Below, in pieces: positions 27,320-36,575 of a stretch of 64,000 nt of DNA. The translations under genes were made by a program, and so were the position numbers. Below the pieces are notes generated by a model. The model did not search any database, had not been told where the DNA came from, and saw only the letters and a list, made by a program, of their open reading frames with translations. The DNA comes from a virus: IMG/VR virus record IMGVR_UViG_3300045988_108551; one strand, written 5' to 3'. Numbering within the stretch: position 1 is the first letter of the stretch; every line of letters begins with the position of its first letter.

Positions 27320-28740
27320 GCCTTTATCCTATTATAATATTCGATAATCTTTTCTTTTCTATCTCCTGGTTTTACTGCCATATTCTCAGCCAAGAACCTA
27401 AAATAAGACACCGGTATGTCCTTGAATCTAATTCCTTCATATTTTCCAAACCACATTATTATACTGTCAAGATCGTCTTCTCTCCTACCATCTCCATTCA
27501 CAGATTTAAGCGAGGCTGCCCGGCGAAGGATCTCGTCTTTGGTAATAATATCACCCATCCTTATATTGGACAGAAGTTGATCGCCGGCAAACATACACCA
27601 GCCCTTAGAAGGGAATTGTTCGATTGTCAGGTCTTCTATCCGACCAAAGCGTCTCATGTTGTCGCAGCAATCAACTATCAGCGCCTCTTTCTTGTCAGGA
27701 TGGATGCGTACGGCGCGGCCTAATATTTGGTAATAAGTTGAATATGAGAAAGTTGGGCGACCAAATATCACACAATCAAGTTCAGGAAAATCAAATCCGG
27801 TAGCAAGCGTTGAATAATTAAAAACCACCTTCAACTTACCTTCTTTGAAATCGGATATAATTTGTTCTCTTTTCTTTTTGGTTGTTAGCGATGTTACGAC
27901 ACCGGTTATGGCTCCCATCCTGGCATTCATGAACTCTGATATTCTATTACATGATTCGATAGAATCCATGCAAACCAAAATGGCTTTACGCTCGTTCATA
28001 AGTTGAAGAAGGCGCTTGTAGATAGAGTTGTTTAAGCCGTTTCGTACAATACTTTCTTTAATAGATTCGTTGGTGTATTCAGCTCCGGTACTGTTTAACA
28101 TCAGAGCCGATTCATCAAAAGACCATCGTTCGTACTTAAGTGGACACCAAAACCCTTGAGAAGTTAGTTCTTGTATTTGAGTCACATGAACTATTTTCTT
28201 GAAGAAGTTATGCTCGTCTTTCGTCAGCATATTGAGCTTGCTGTAGTTTCCTTCCAGCATGGAACTGTAGGTTCGGAGGCGGCAGGGAGTGGCGGTGAAG
28301 CCCAGCACCTTCGCCTCTGGAAACCCGTTCATAAACTCCATAAATTCAGAACCTTCTTCAGGAGAATATCCTGAATGACATTCGTCTATCAATAAGGTAT
28401 CTATCCCTATATCCTTCAACCTCGCTACATCTTTCTTTATGCTCTTTAATGTTGCATAAGTCATAGCCGACAGCTCCTTTATACCACATGAAGCAGAATA
28501 TATAGTAGGTTCAGAACCGAATGATACGGCCTTCGCATAATTCTGCTCCAGAATCTCTTTTGAGGGCTGTAATACTAATGTCGGTCTATTTATTTCATGT
28601 GCTATCTTGGATATCAGAAGGCTCTTTCCACATCCGCATGGGGCTACGATTATGCCAGGCTTCTTAGAGCTTCCTGTAAGAAACTTAAGCCCGGCATCTA
28701 CTGCCTCTTTTTGGTAAGGTCTAAGTTCAAAGCCCATCAC
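27316..28740 (-). CDS. Superfamily-2 DEAD/DEAH-box DNA helicase with a DUF3820-like C-terminal motif
   Basis: Motif I APCGCGKS, motif II LLIDECH, motif III GFTATP, motif VI QILGRAVR. C-terminal MWFGKYEGIRFKDIPVSYFRFL resembles the FGKYKG ... P..YL.WL tail motif. Confidence 0.9.
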   Translation of the reverse strand: MMGFELRPYQKEAVDAGLKFLTGSSKKPGIIVAPCGCGKSLLISKIAHEINRPTLVLQPSKEILEQNYAKAVSFGSEPTIYSASCGIKELSAMTYATLKSIKKDVARLKDIGIDTLLIDECHSGYSPEEGSEFMEFMNGFPEAKVLGFTATPCRLRTYSSMLEGNYSKLNMLTKDEHNFFKKIVHVTQIQELTSQGFWCPLKYERWSFDESALMLNSTGAEYTNESIKESIVRNGLNNSIYKRLLQLMNERKAILVCMDSIESCNRISEFMNARMGAITGVVTSLTTKKKREQIISDFKEGKLKVVFNYSTLATGFDFPELDCVIFGRPTFSYSTYYQILGRAVRIHPDKKEALIVDCCDNMRRFGRIEDLTIEQFPSKGWCMFAGDQLLSNIRMGDIITKDEILRRAASLKSVNGDGRREDDLDSIIMWFGKYEGIRFKDIPVSYFRFLAENMAVKPGDRKEKIIEYYNRIKA

Positions 28741-29104
28741 AATCTATTATATTATTTTTTGAAAGTTCTATTATCGCCTCTTTCAACATCTCCCTTGCTT
28801 TATCTTCGTTATCTTCAAGCAAGCATACACTGCACGATATGCCCATACGATCTCCATAAGCCTCGGCATTACCTAATGTGAATGCGCAGCAGTAATCATA
28901 ATCCATGTTTTTTGCTACGGTAATAAACTGATTATCTTCTATCAGTACAGCATATTCAGCATTGGTTTCACACATGATAATGGCTTTATCTTTTTTTATA
29001 GACAATACCTTGTTTCTGAAAAGTCCGTTATAAATCCATAGTTCCTTTCCTGCATTTTTATAAAACGCAGCCATATCTTCCTTGATTGTAACTTCTTTTT
29101 TCAT
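28727..29104 (-). CDS. Hypothetical protein (125 aa)
   Basis: ORF with 14-nt overlap with the helicase gene. Confidence 0.65.
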   Translation of the reverse strand: MKKEVTIKEDMAAFYKNAGKELWIYNGLFRNKVLSIKKDKAIIMCETNAEYAVLIEDNQFITVAKNMDYDYCCAFTLGNAEAYGDRMGISCSVCLLEDNEDKAREMLKEAIIELSKNNIIDCDGL

Positions 29105-29107
29105 GAC

Positions 29108-29437
29108 TTACTTGTGTTTAACATCAGTAATTAAAACATATCTTTTAACAATATCTTCAAGACTCACAGAAGAACGTATATATAGTTTTTCTTCGTACTC
29201 ATATAGAGCGTACCCTTCTTTTATGTCTAATATCTTAATCACATGCTTGCCTCTTTCAAATGGATCCTCAAAGTAGCTCTTATGTTCGTATCTTTGACCG
29301 ACTTTTATTTTGTCAGTTTTCTTCTTCATCTTATAACGATCTATTGCTCTACCTGTTTTTATGAAAGCTGTCGTGAGTAAGTATAATAAAACTAAATACA
29401 AAAGGATCGCTACTCCACATATTAGATCTTCTTTCAT
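29108..29437 (-). CDS. Membrane-anchored hypothetical protein (about 109 aa)
   Basis: Start taken at the internal Met (MKEDLICGVAILLYLVLLYLL..., a transmembrane segment), because the track start overlaps a 56-aa upstream ORF in a TAATG stop-start arrangement. Coordinates are codon arithmetic from the ORF track. Confidence 0.5.
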   Translation of the reverse strand: MKEDLICGVAILLYLVLLYLLTTAFIKTGRAIDRYKMKKKTDKIKVGQRYEHKSYFEDPFERGKHVIKILDIKEGYALYEYEEKLYIRSSVSLEDIVKRYVLITDVKHK

Positions 29438-29603
29438 TACACTCCTTTTAAATAGTTGAACCATATATCCTCCAGCTTCTCCTGAAGCTCAAACGCTTTC
29501 TTGAAATTCCCGCATCGTACAGCAACGTCTCTCATGTATGTCAAGTTTATAACTTCCGGATCTTGCCGGTATTTTGTTCTTAACTTTTGAACATCCTCAT
29601 ATT

Positions 29604-30623
29604 TCATCGTTTTATCTTTTTAGACGGATCCCAATCCGAAGAGAAAGGGCATTCGTTTTTGTTATGTAATCCAAAGTCACAATAATAACACAGTGCTGAC
29701 GGGCAGGGCAGCTTGTTTTGCGGAACAGGCTGACTTAGGGTGGCGCGCCGCTTGCTATACCTGGCTCCTTCTGCTCCCTGGATGTACGCTTGAAATGTTT
29801 TTACACTATTATCTTCAAAATCATACATTTTGGATAAAGTGTCATTTAGCATTTCTATAGATTTTGTTTTACGTTCCTCATCAACTTTAACCTTTTGGTA
29901 TTGTCTGGTCCTGGTAAAGAAATAGATGTTCATATCCGGCAGAACCCCACCATATTTTCTATAGATGTAAAATGAATATATAGGATGCTGTAAATTCGTT
30001 TCCAACTTCTTAGAATCAAAAACCTTATTCCCTGATTTCCAATCTATGACATAATGGTGAACTACGTTCTTGCTTTTTATAGCCAGATGAAGGTCTACTG
30101 ATCCTACTATGTACACATGTGTATGAACGTCACCATTTATATCAACAGGCTTAGGAAGACGATACGGCAGCACAAAATCTTCTTCTACTCCAACTATAGC
30201 ACCGTGTCTGATAAGTTTCTCACAGGGATTAAGATCACTATCAGCTATCATAAACCTATTGCCGTCTTTTTTGAACAGATCCACAATCCAAGCAAGAAGC
30301 TCCCCAGATTGTTTCATGGCTATCATCATATTTTCTGGTGATTGCCAAGGTATGTCTTCTTGATAGGAATAGTAACTTATCGCTTCTCCAAGGTCTTTAC
30401 CAGAAGGCTGTCTTCCGTTCTTAAAGAAGTATTCCAGTGTTTTATGGATAACCGTACCATAAGATGTAGCTTCTTGTTTTTCTGTAGACCTTTTACCCTC
30501 TACGTAAGTCTTATACCATTTCATTGGACAAGTAAGAAACGTATCTATCTGGGAATAAGATATGGCAAGACGTTTCACACCATTAAACTCCTTATATAGC
30601 AAATGTGTTTCCGGGACCATCAT
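29604..30623 (-). CDS. PD-(D/E)XK exonuclease, Cas4/RecB-like, with a putative 4Fe-4S cysteine cluster
   Basis: SYSQIDTFLTCPMKWY, GTVIHKTLE, GSVDL ... IDWKSG (D ... DxK), and C-terminal CPSALCYYCDF ... C providing three Cys plus the N-terminal Cys. Confidence 0.85.
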   Translation of the reverse strand: MMVPETHLLYKEFNGVKRLAISYSQIDTFLTCPMKWYKTYVEGKRSTEKQEATSYGTVIHKTLEYFFKNGRQPSGKDLGEAISYYSYQEDIPWQSPENMMIAMKQSGELLAWIVDLFKKDGNRFMIADSDLNPCEKLIRHGAIVGVEEDFVLPYRLPKPVDINGDVHTHVYIVGSVDLHLAIKSKNVVHHYVIDWKSGNKVFDSKKLETNLQHPIYSFYIYRKYGGVLPDMNIYFFTRTRQYQKVKVDEERKTKSIEMLNDTLSKMYDFEDNSVKTFQAYIQGAEGARYSKRRATLSQPVPQNKLPCPSALCYYCDFGLHNKNECPFSSDWDPSKKIKR

Positions 30624-30979
30624 AAGTCATTGTCTTTAAATCCTTCCGGGTAATATACGACATACTTCTTACCGTCTTCTGGTGTCATGGCAAACTGCAT
30701 GTAGTTATTACGATTACGATGCTTACCATCTAATCCTCGCTTCCAATACAGAATCCCGTCTATATCCACATAAGACCGTCCGCGTTCGGCTCTAACTACG
30801 TCCGTGTGCAGCAGATACCCGTCGGAAGACACAATCCATACTTTATCTCCTTTGTTTAAATAAGATATTCTTTTTCTTACAACAACCTTTTTCTTATTAT
30901 CCAATACAAATTCCTCGTCAGTCATACTCTTCATCCTCCTCTTCTTCTGTTTCAAAATCAATTCCATAACACTGATCAT
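30620..30979 (-). CDS. Hypothetical protein (119 aa)
   Basis: ATGA overlap with the nuclease gene. Confidence 0.6.
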   Translation of the reverse strand: MISVMELILKQKKRRMKSMTDEEFVLDNKKKVVVRKRISYLNKGDKVWIVSSDGYLLHTDVVRAERGRSYVDIDGILYWKRGLDGKHRNRNNYMQFAMTPEDGKKYVVYYPEGFKDNDL

Positions 30980-31142
30980 AATGCTTGGTCAGTTCTTCTG
31001 GTTCTAAATCTTGTCCAAAATCCATGTTAAAAATATCGTAATTAGTAAAGCACTTAAAATCACTGTCCCTGCCGGCATGAAATCTATGAATGCTGCTTTT
31101 GCTTCTTCAATTAGGCCCAAGTGTAACCTTGGGCCATTGTAT

Positions 31143-32843
31143 TTATTTTTTGTCATCTCCTTTTAACTTCTTTAAAGTATCTGCAATCGGAAGCTGATCA
31201 ATGACTCCCAATGCCGGAGCGACGGTCTTGACAACATTATTAAGGAAATTACCGGTACTGTTCTGACCGCCGTCAAATACCGTGATATTTCCGAGGTTAA
31301 TGTGCTCAAATGCTTTAACCTGTTCTCCAGCAATTTCTTTCCACTGATTAACCATCTTGTACTGGATGGCGATCTGAGGATTGGATTCTGCTGCTTCCAC
31401 CATAGCCTTAAATCCGTCGGCTTCTGCCATTAACGACTTTTTCTTACCTTCGGCTTCTGCCTCCAGTTTCATCTGAATAGCTTTTGCCTCTGCCTCAGCT
31501 TTTGCCAAATGTGCTGATGCCTCAGCCTCAGCCCGGCGTTTGATCTTCTCGGCCTCGGCATCAGCTTGCAAGATAGCCTCTTCCTTCTGGGTTTCAGCCG
31601 GCACAATCTTTTCAGCCTTAAGCGCAGCCTGAACTTTCTTAGCCTTAGCTTCTTCCACTTCTTTGTCGGCAAGCTCTTTTGCTGTTTTTACAGCCGCTTC
31701 CGATTTAACTTTTTCTTCTCCGGCCTTCTTTTCTGATTGAGCTTTGATGATCTGTAGTTCTGATACTGACACAGCAACCTCCTTCTGGGCATTGTTGTAT
31801 CCTATAGACGCATTTTTCTCAGCCTCAGCCTTCTTAATCTGAGCTTCAGAGTCTTGTATTGCTATAGCCGCTTCCTTGTCAGCTTCAGCCTTATTCTTTC
31901 CGACTTCTTCCATCCTTTCAGCCTCGGCTTTATTTACTTCAAGTTCTGCCTTAGATCTTACGATCGCCGATTCCTTGTCGGTTAAAGTTTTTGCGATAAC
32001 CGCAGCCCTGTCTCTATCTGCTTGAGCTACACCGATCTGTTTCTCTTTATCGGTTAAAGCCAAGGCTATTTCTTTTTCTTTCTTCGTTTCAGCTACTATC
32101 GTTTCCTTTTCTTTTTCAGTACAAGCAATTTGAATCTCTTGTTCTTTTTTGGTATTAGCCACAGCCGTTTCTTTCTCCTTCTGCTGTACAGCAATCTTAA
32201 TAGCACCCAGCTTCTCCTGCTCTTCGATATTAGCCTGTGCTTCGTTCAGAGCCCTACTTTCAGCCTCCTTACCAAGGTTCATAATATAACCGGCTTCGTC
32301 TCTGATGTCACTGATGTTGATGTTCAGGAGGTAAAGACCTAACTTATTAAGCTCGTTATCAATGTTCTTTCTTGCCTTATCCAAAAACTCATCCCTGTCA
32401 GAATTAAGTTTTTCGATTGTCATTTCAGCAATAATCAAACGCATCTGACCGTAAACGATGTCCGTAATAAGATTTTCAGTAGATTCGGTATCCATCCCCA
32501 AAAGTCTTTCTGCCGCATTTTGCATGATTTCGGGATTTGTACTGATAGCTACTGTAATGGTCGTAGGTACATCTACTCTAATATTCTGAGATGACAAAGC
32601 ACCGGTAAGCTTGCAATCTATTTGCATAGGCTCCATTGACAAAACATCATAGCTTTGAATAATAGGCAAGACAAATGCCGCTCCACCATGATATAATTTC
32701 GCCGATTTCTTTTCCCCACCTGTCTTACCATAAACGACCAAGACCTGATTAGGCTTACATCTACGATACCTTGATAAGACTCCGATGATTGTCAAAATAA
32801 TCACTACAGCTAAGATAGCTGACACGTACATGATTGTTGTCAT
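31143..32843 (-). CDS. Flotillin-like SPFH/band-7 protein (YqiK-like) with an N-terminal transmembrane helix and Ala/Glu/Lys-repeat coiled coil
   Basis: N-terminal TM (VSAILAVVIILTIIGVL), then an SPFH-like domain (NQVLVVYGKTGG ... IRVDVPTTITVAIS ... IVYGQMRLIIAEMTIEKL), then a long EAEAKA-type coiled coil and a C-terminal tail. Confidence 0.9.
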   Translation of the reverse strand: MTTIMYVSAILAVVIILTIIGVLSRYRRCKPNQVLVVYGKTGGEKKSAKLYHGGAAFVLPIIQSYDVLSMEPMQIDCKLTGALSSQNIRVDVPTTITVAISTNPEIMQNAAERLLGMDTESTENLITDIVYGQMRLIIAEMTIEKLNSDRDEFLDKARKNIDNELNKLGLYLLNINISDIRDEAGYIMNLGKEAESRALNEAQANIEEQEKLGAIKIAVQQKEKETAVANTKKEQEIQIACTEKEKETIVAETKKEKEIALALTDKEKQIGVAQADRDRAAVIAKTLTDKESAIVRSKAELEVNKAEAERMEEVGKNKAEADKEAAIAIQDSEAQIKKAEAEKNASIGYNNAQKEVAVSVSELQIIKAQSEKKAGEEKVKSEAAVKTAKELADKEVEEAKAKKVQAALKAEKIVPAETQKEEAILQADAEAEKIKRRAEAEASAHLAKAEAEAKAIQMKLEAEAEGKKKSLMAEADGFKAMVEAAESNPQIAIQYKMVNQWKEIAGEQVKAFEHINLGNITVFDGGQNSTGNFLNNVVKTVAPALGVIDQLPIADTLKKLKGDDKK

Positions 32844-32874
32844 AACTTTTAAAATTTAATTGTTGATAAAAAAA

Positions 32875-33369
32875 TTAGATACTTAATTCTCCTTCTTCAT
32901 ATTTTATATTCGCCTTGTCGCCGTTTTTGTAGGTTTTTCCAGACAAGCATCTTACTCTCATTTGCTCTTGTCTTCCATTTTTCGAAATATTTACCATATA
33001 ATGATTCTTCCCTGATCTAAATACTATCTCCACTTCTCTTCCGTTTAAATCTTCCGGACATTCGTACACCATTTCTTGCTTTAACTTAAGAAGTAACTTA
33101 TATACGTAAAACAAAACGATAAAGAAAAACGACCCTATCACAACCCCTACTAAATGGGAACCCGAAAAGTAGGTAGTCCAGCTATATCCAAGAATAAAAT
33201 GTGTTATGCCCTTGAATGATATGATGTCCGACAAAGACATACTTAAATCAGAAGCACTGTCAATGTCAATATCCGTATCCAGATCAGATCCTAATATCGA
33301 CAACAAAAACTGTATAACAAAAGCAAATGACGCTATTAAAGCCATGCATAAAATTATGTCACTTCCCAT
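32875..33369 (-). CDS. NfeD/YqiJ-like membrane protein (partner of SPFH proteins)
   Basis: Two TM segments separated by an acidic DLDTDIDIDSASD stretch (YqiJ hallmark) and a C-terminal beta-rich soluble domain. Lies 31 nt upstream of the flotillin gene on the same strand. Confidence 0.75.
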   Translation of the reverse strand: MGSDIILCMALIASFAFVIQFLLSILGSDLDTDIDIDSASDLSMSLSDIISFKGITHFILGYSWTTYFSGSHLVGVVIGSFFFIVLFYVYKLLLKLKQEMVYECPEDLNGREVEIVFRSGKNHYMVNISKNGRQEQMRVRCLSGKTYKNGDKANIKYEEGELSI

Positions 33370-33610
33370 ACCCTTCTGTTATTATTTTGTAAACAAGATC
33401 AGTCATATCTTTGATGGTCTCCATATCATAATCAATAATAACAATATTGAATTTTTGTTCCACCATCACTTCCAGTTCAATTTGATCAACAGAATCTAAT
33501 CCAAGTTCTTTAAACGTCACATCTTCTTCATGAACTATATCTATTTCCGAATTAAGAAACTGAGTAATAATTATATCCTCTATTATCTTTCTGATTCTTA
33601 CTTTTTCCAT
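33359..33610 (-). CDS. Acyl carrier protein (83 aa)
   Basis: LGLDSVDQIELEVMVEQKFNIVI matches the ACP phosphopantetheine-attachment helix II (DSL/DSV Ser followed by acidic EL.M.E). Acidic, small, four-helix-sized. Confidence 0.8.
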   Translation of the reverse strand: MEKVRIRKIIEDIIITQFLNSEIDIVHEEDVTFKELGLDSVDQIELEVMVEQKFNIVIIDYDMETIKDMTDLVYKIITEGYGK

Positions 33611-34311
33611 TGCTTTCTAATTTTGTTAAATAAATACGTTTTTATGTTTTTCAATCGCTCTTTGTCTGTTTCAGAACTTCCGGTAAACAAATAATCCGGA
33701 TTGCCTTTAGCCGGCGGCGTAGGCAATTTAGATACGGCAAACAACCAATCCATTTCCTTATTCTTCTTAGACTCCAAATAAGGCTCGGTAGCGATCTTAA
33801 ATTTTTCAGCTATTAAGTCAAAGAGCTTTGAATTTTTAAGGTTCATATGAACTGAAAAAGCCTGAGAAGGCGGTTTCCATATGAAGTTACATAAGCTCAT
33901 TGTATAATCTCCTGACTCTGCTATATAAGATTCCGTTACCTGAAGTATGACCTCTTTCTTGAATGAGGTGTTACCCATAAACCAACACAATCTGGATTCC
34001 GCTTCTTTTCTGCTGACACCTATGTCTTTTGAATACGATTCGTACATTCCTATCATAATCTTCAACGTTTCCAGAACCTCGTCTGTCATTTCCGGTGTCT
34101 CTATATAATTCACAAAAGACGTTCCCTTGTTGGTCAATCTCATCACGCCTGATTTTAATTTCTCAACCAGGCCAAGCTCTATATACCTCCCAGCATCTTC
34201 TTCCGGCATGGCTTCGATCATAACCGAATCCTTCTGTCTTATGGCAAGAAGATTGGCAAGATCATTAGGAGTCATGTCTGATGCTGCAAGTTGTCTGAAA
34301 TTGATGTACAT
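33598..34311 (-). CDS. Hypothetical protein (237 aa), first large gene of the flotillin/NfeD/ACP operon
   Basis: 13-nt overlap with the ACP gene and 2-nt gap to the upstream small gene. Confidence 0.7.
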   Translation of the reverse strand: MYINFRQLAASDMTPNDLANLLAIRQKDSVMIEAMPEEDAGRYIELGLVEKLKSGVMRLTNKGTSFVNYIETPEMTDEVLETLKIMIGMYESYSKDIGVSRKEAESRLCWFMGNTSFKKEVILQVTESYIAESGDYTMSLCNFIWKPPSQAFSVHMNLKNSKLFDLIAEKFKIATEPYLESKKNKEMDWLFAVSKLPTPPAKGNPDYLFTGSSETDKERLKNIKTYLFNKIRKQWKK

Positions 34312-34313
34312 TC

Positions 34314-34511
34314 TTAATCAGCTTTAATAAAAATAACATTCTTGTTATCTTGTCTATCAACATGTCCACATGGACCAATAATTATGTCTGTATATGAACA
34401 AGAATCGTAATCTTCGAATATACACCTATCGCATGTATCACCTTCCACACATTTTAATCTTACAAGTCCGGCAGGAAATACTTCTCCTACTTTAAATTCC
34501 TTCTTTTCCAT
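34314..34511 (-). CDS. Small Cys-rich protein (65 aa)
   Basis: C..C ... C ... C pattern (CVEGDTCDRC ... C ... C). Confidence 0.5.
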   Translation of the reverse strand: MEKKEFKVGEVFPAGLVRLKCVEGDTCDRCIFEDYDSCSYTDIIIGPCGHVDRQDNKNVIFIKAD

Positions 34512-34526
34512 ATTCCCTCCTTGTTT

Positions 34527-35129
34527 TTAACTGTTGTACCCTTCTTTAATAATCGAATTTCTACCAGTAGATACCGACTGTCGAAGATCGTCATGTACAG
34601 AATCTACCGTAGAATACTTGTTTCTGGTTGTAAAAATCACTTCCAGCATCTCCTTGTAATCACCTAAAGCTACTTCGTATCTCGGATCTACTTTGGCTTT
34701 TCTTTCGGCCTCGGCATTACTTTTAGCCAGTTCTCGGTCGAGGAGGTCTTCTTTGATTCGGTCAGCAATCATATCAAGTTCTTTTTTAATAACTTCTCCT
34801 GCTGCCCGAAGTTGACCTTCTACGTCACCAAGCTGGTCTTGGACGGTTCCTATTTCTTTCTTTAGGCGATCGTATTCGTTAATCATACCCATATCACCTG
34901 CATAGCCGGAAAAGTCCTTGATTATTCTGGTTCCTTCTTTAAGGAGCTCAATAACTCGTCTTTTACGTTCTCTGCTTATTAAAGACGGAAGACGATAATT
35001 CATATCCGCCACCGCCTTATCATGTATGGAGTTGATTAAAAACATCTCTCTTTCATCTCCTGCAAACTCAGTAAGAACCAAAAGGAACTTACTTATCAGG
35101 TATTCGTTTTCTTCTACTGTCAGTCTCAT
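34527..35129 (-). CDS. Coiled-coil hypothetical protein (about 201 aa)
   Basis: Start moved to internal Met 52 (MRLTVEENEY...) because the track's N-terminal extension is GC-rich and overlaps the DnaB-like gene. Confidence 0.6.
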   Translation of the reverse strand: MRLTVEENEYLISKFLLVLTEFAGDEREMFLINSIHDKAVADMNYRLPSLISRERKRRVIELLKEGTRIIKDFSGYAGDMGMINEYDRLKKEIGTVQDQLGDVEGQLRAAGEVIKKELDMIADRIKEDLLDRELAKSNAEAERKAKVDPRYEVALGDYKEMLEVIFTTRNKYSTVDSVHDDLRQSVSTGRNSIIKEGYNS

Positions 35130-35143
35130 GGTTCTTATTTTTT

Positions 35144-36277
35144 TTAATACAATGACTGTTCTTCTTTTGTCTCTTGTTCTTGTTCCTGATTGTCCGTAAC
35201 GTCTTCCACAGTATAGAGCTTGGGCGGCGTCGGCGGCTGGTTGGGGTTCACGAACTTCGTCCCGCCCTCCCCGTACATCCATCCATGCCCCGGCAGAATC
35301 TCTGGGTGGATTGTATTAGTAAGCTCTTCCATACTAACTTGCCTTACCTTCAGTATATGATGAAACACCAGTCCGGCTGTCCTGAATGATGTTTTGTTTT
35401 CAGTTTTAAACCTATCAAGAGTCTGATACCAATCTTTCCCAAATATCATATACTTATCCAGCCCGTACCTACGAGGATTGTGCAAACCTATCATTAACGT
35501 ACATAACTGACCCAGCGTATCAGATTGGTAAAAATCAGAAAGACGCGGAGGCTGCTCTTGTGGGCTTTTTATCCTTCCTTCTATCTCTCTGTTGAATTGT
35601 GATATGATGAGGAAAAATATGTTTTTATATACTAATTTAGCTTCGTTCATAACCGCCACCAAATCATCTATAGCCGACTTAGGATCTAACCCCATTCTTT
35701 TTATCAAAGCAATATGATCGACTTTAAATATTATAAGACGTTTGTCTTTGTGTTTGGTAGCTATATGATACACAGCCGCCTCAAACTCTTTTACCGTACA
35801 CGGAGCATCGATGTATATTATATTATTCCTGATTTCACCCTGAAGGATTTCAAACATCCTCATCTCTTCCACTGTATTAGAATCTTGCCTTCTTAATATT
35901 TCAGGAGCCCGCTTTTTCATATCCTGGCTCATTCTACGAAGAAGAAGATCTTGAGGATTCATTTCGAACTCGCAATTAACAAGAAAATAATCTTCTGCTT
36001 GCGGGTTGATCATCGGATTCATCACATTTTCCAATATCTTTTGGGCCACATACGATTTACCTACAGATGGCCGGGCTCCTATGGCAATAGCATGCTGAGG
36101 GAAAATACCTCCAAGCAAAGCCTCATCAATATAATCGTATCCGGTTTTAGCGGGGATAAGCTCTCCCCGCCTGTATTTCAAGATATTCTCATACGCCTCT
36201 TCCATGACCTGTTTAGAGGTCTTGAATATCCTTCTTATATCTATCCTATTTGCTATCTCCTCGTGCATTTTTGTCAC
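35144..36277 (-). CDS. DnaB-like replicative helicase (RecA-fold C-terminal domain only)
   Basis: Walker A GARPSVGKSY, Walker B-like FKVDHIALI, ISQFNRE (SQLNR-like H3/arginine finger). Lacks the DnaB N-terminal domain. Confidence 0.85.
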   Translation of the reverse strand: MTKMHEEIANRIDIRRIFKTSKQVMEEAYENILKYRRGELIPAKTGYDYIDEALLGGIFPQHAIAIGARPSVGKSYVAQKILENVMNPMINPQAEDYFLVNCEFEMNPQDLLLRRMSQDMKKRAPEILRRQDSNTVEEMRMFEILQGEIRNNIIYIDAPCTVKEFEAAVYHIATKHKDKRLIIFKVDHIALIKRMGLDPKSAIDDLVAVMNEAKLVYKNIFFLIISQFNREIEGRIKSPQEQPPRLSDFYQSDTLGQLCTLMIGLHNPRRYGLDKYMIFGKDWYQTLDRFKTENKTSFRTAGLVFHHILKVRQVSMEELTNTIHPEILPGHGWMYGEGGTKFVNPNQPPTPPKLYTVEDVTDNQEQEQETKEEQSLY

Positions 36278-36557
36278 CTTTTGTATCCGATTTGGATCCC
36301 CTATTAGCTTTTACTGATTTATACCTAAGACCGTTCTTGGTATGAGAACAATCCTTGCCTTTTCTCCAGCCCTTACCCTTCTTCTTGTCCGTTTCGTAGT
36401 TTTTACGACCAAGCTCCCGGCGTTTGGCTTTCTGTTCCGGTCTGGCATTTATCTCCTTGTCTTTTTTAGCCTTTTTCTTCCTGGCTTCGGGATGAGTCCT
36501 GTAGTACTCTGTTGATCTGCCCATCTTCTTACATTTTTTTGATTGATAATAGCACAA
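36246..36557 (-). CDS. Lys/Arg-rich basic small protein (103 aa; start may be the internal Met)
   Basis: Highly basic; overlaps the DnaB-like gene start. Confidence 0.45.
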   Translation of the reverse strand: MCYYQSKKCKKMGRSTEYYRTHPEARKKKAKKDKEINARPEQKAKRRELGRKNYETDKKKGKGWRKGKDCSHTKNGLRYKSVKANRGSKSDTKGDKNARGDSK

Positions 36558-36575
36558 AGATAGGCAATTCTTGCC

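Noticed and set aside
29108-29464. Exact nucleotide positions derived from line labels for this gene.
   Set aside because: My label-based indexing disagreed by 1 nt with the ORF-track arithmetic here. Track-relative codon arithmetic was used, and hand-placed hairpin and small-ORF coordinates should be treated as accurate to within 1 or 2 nt.
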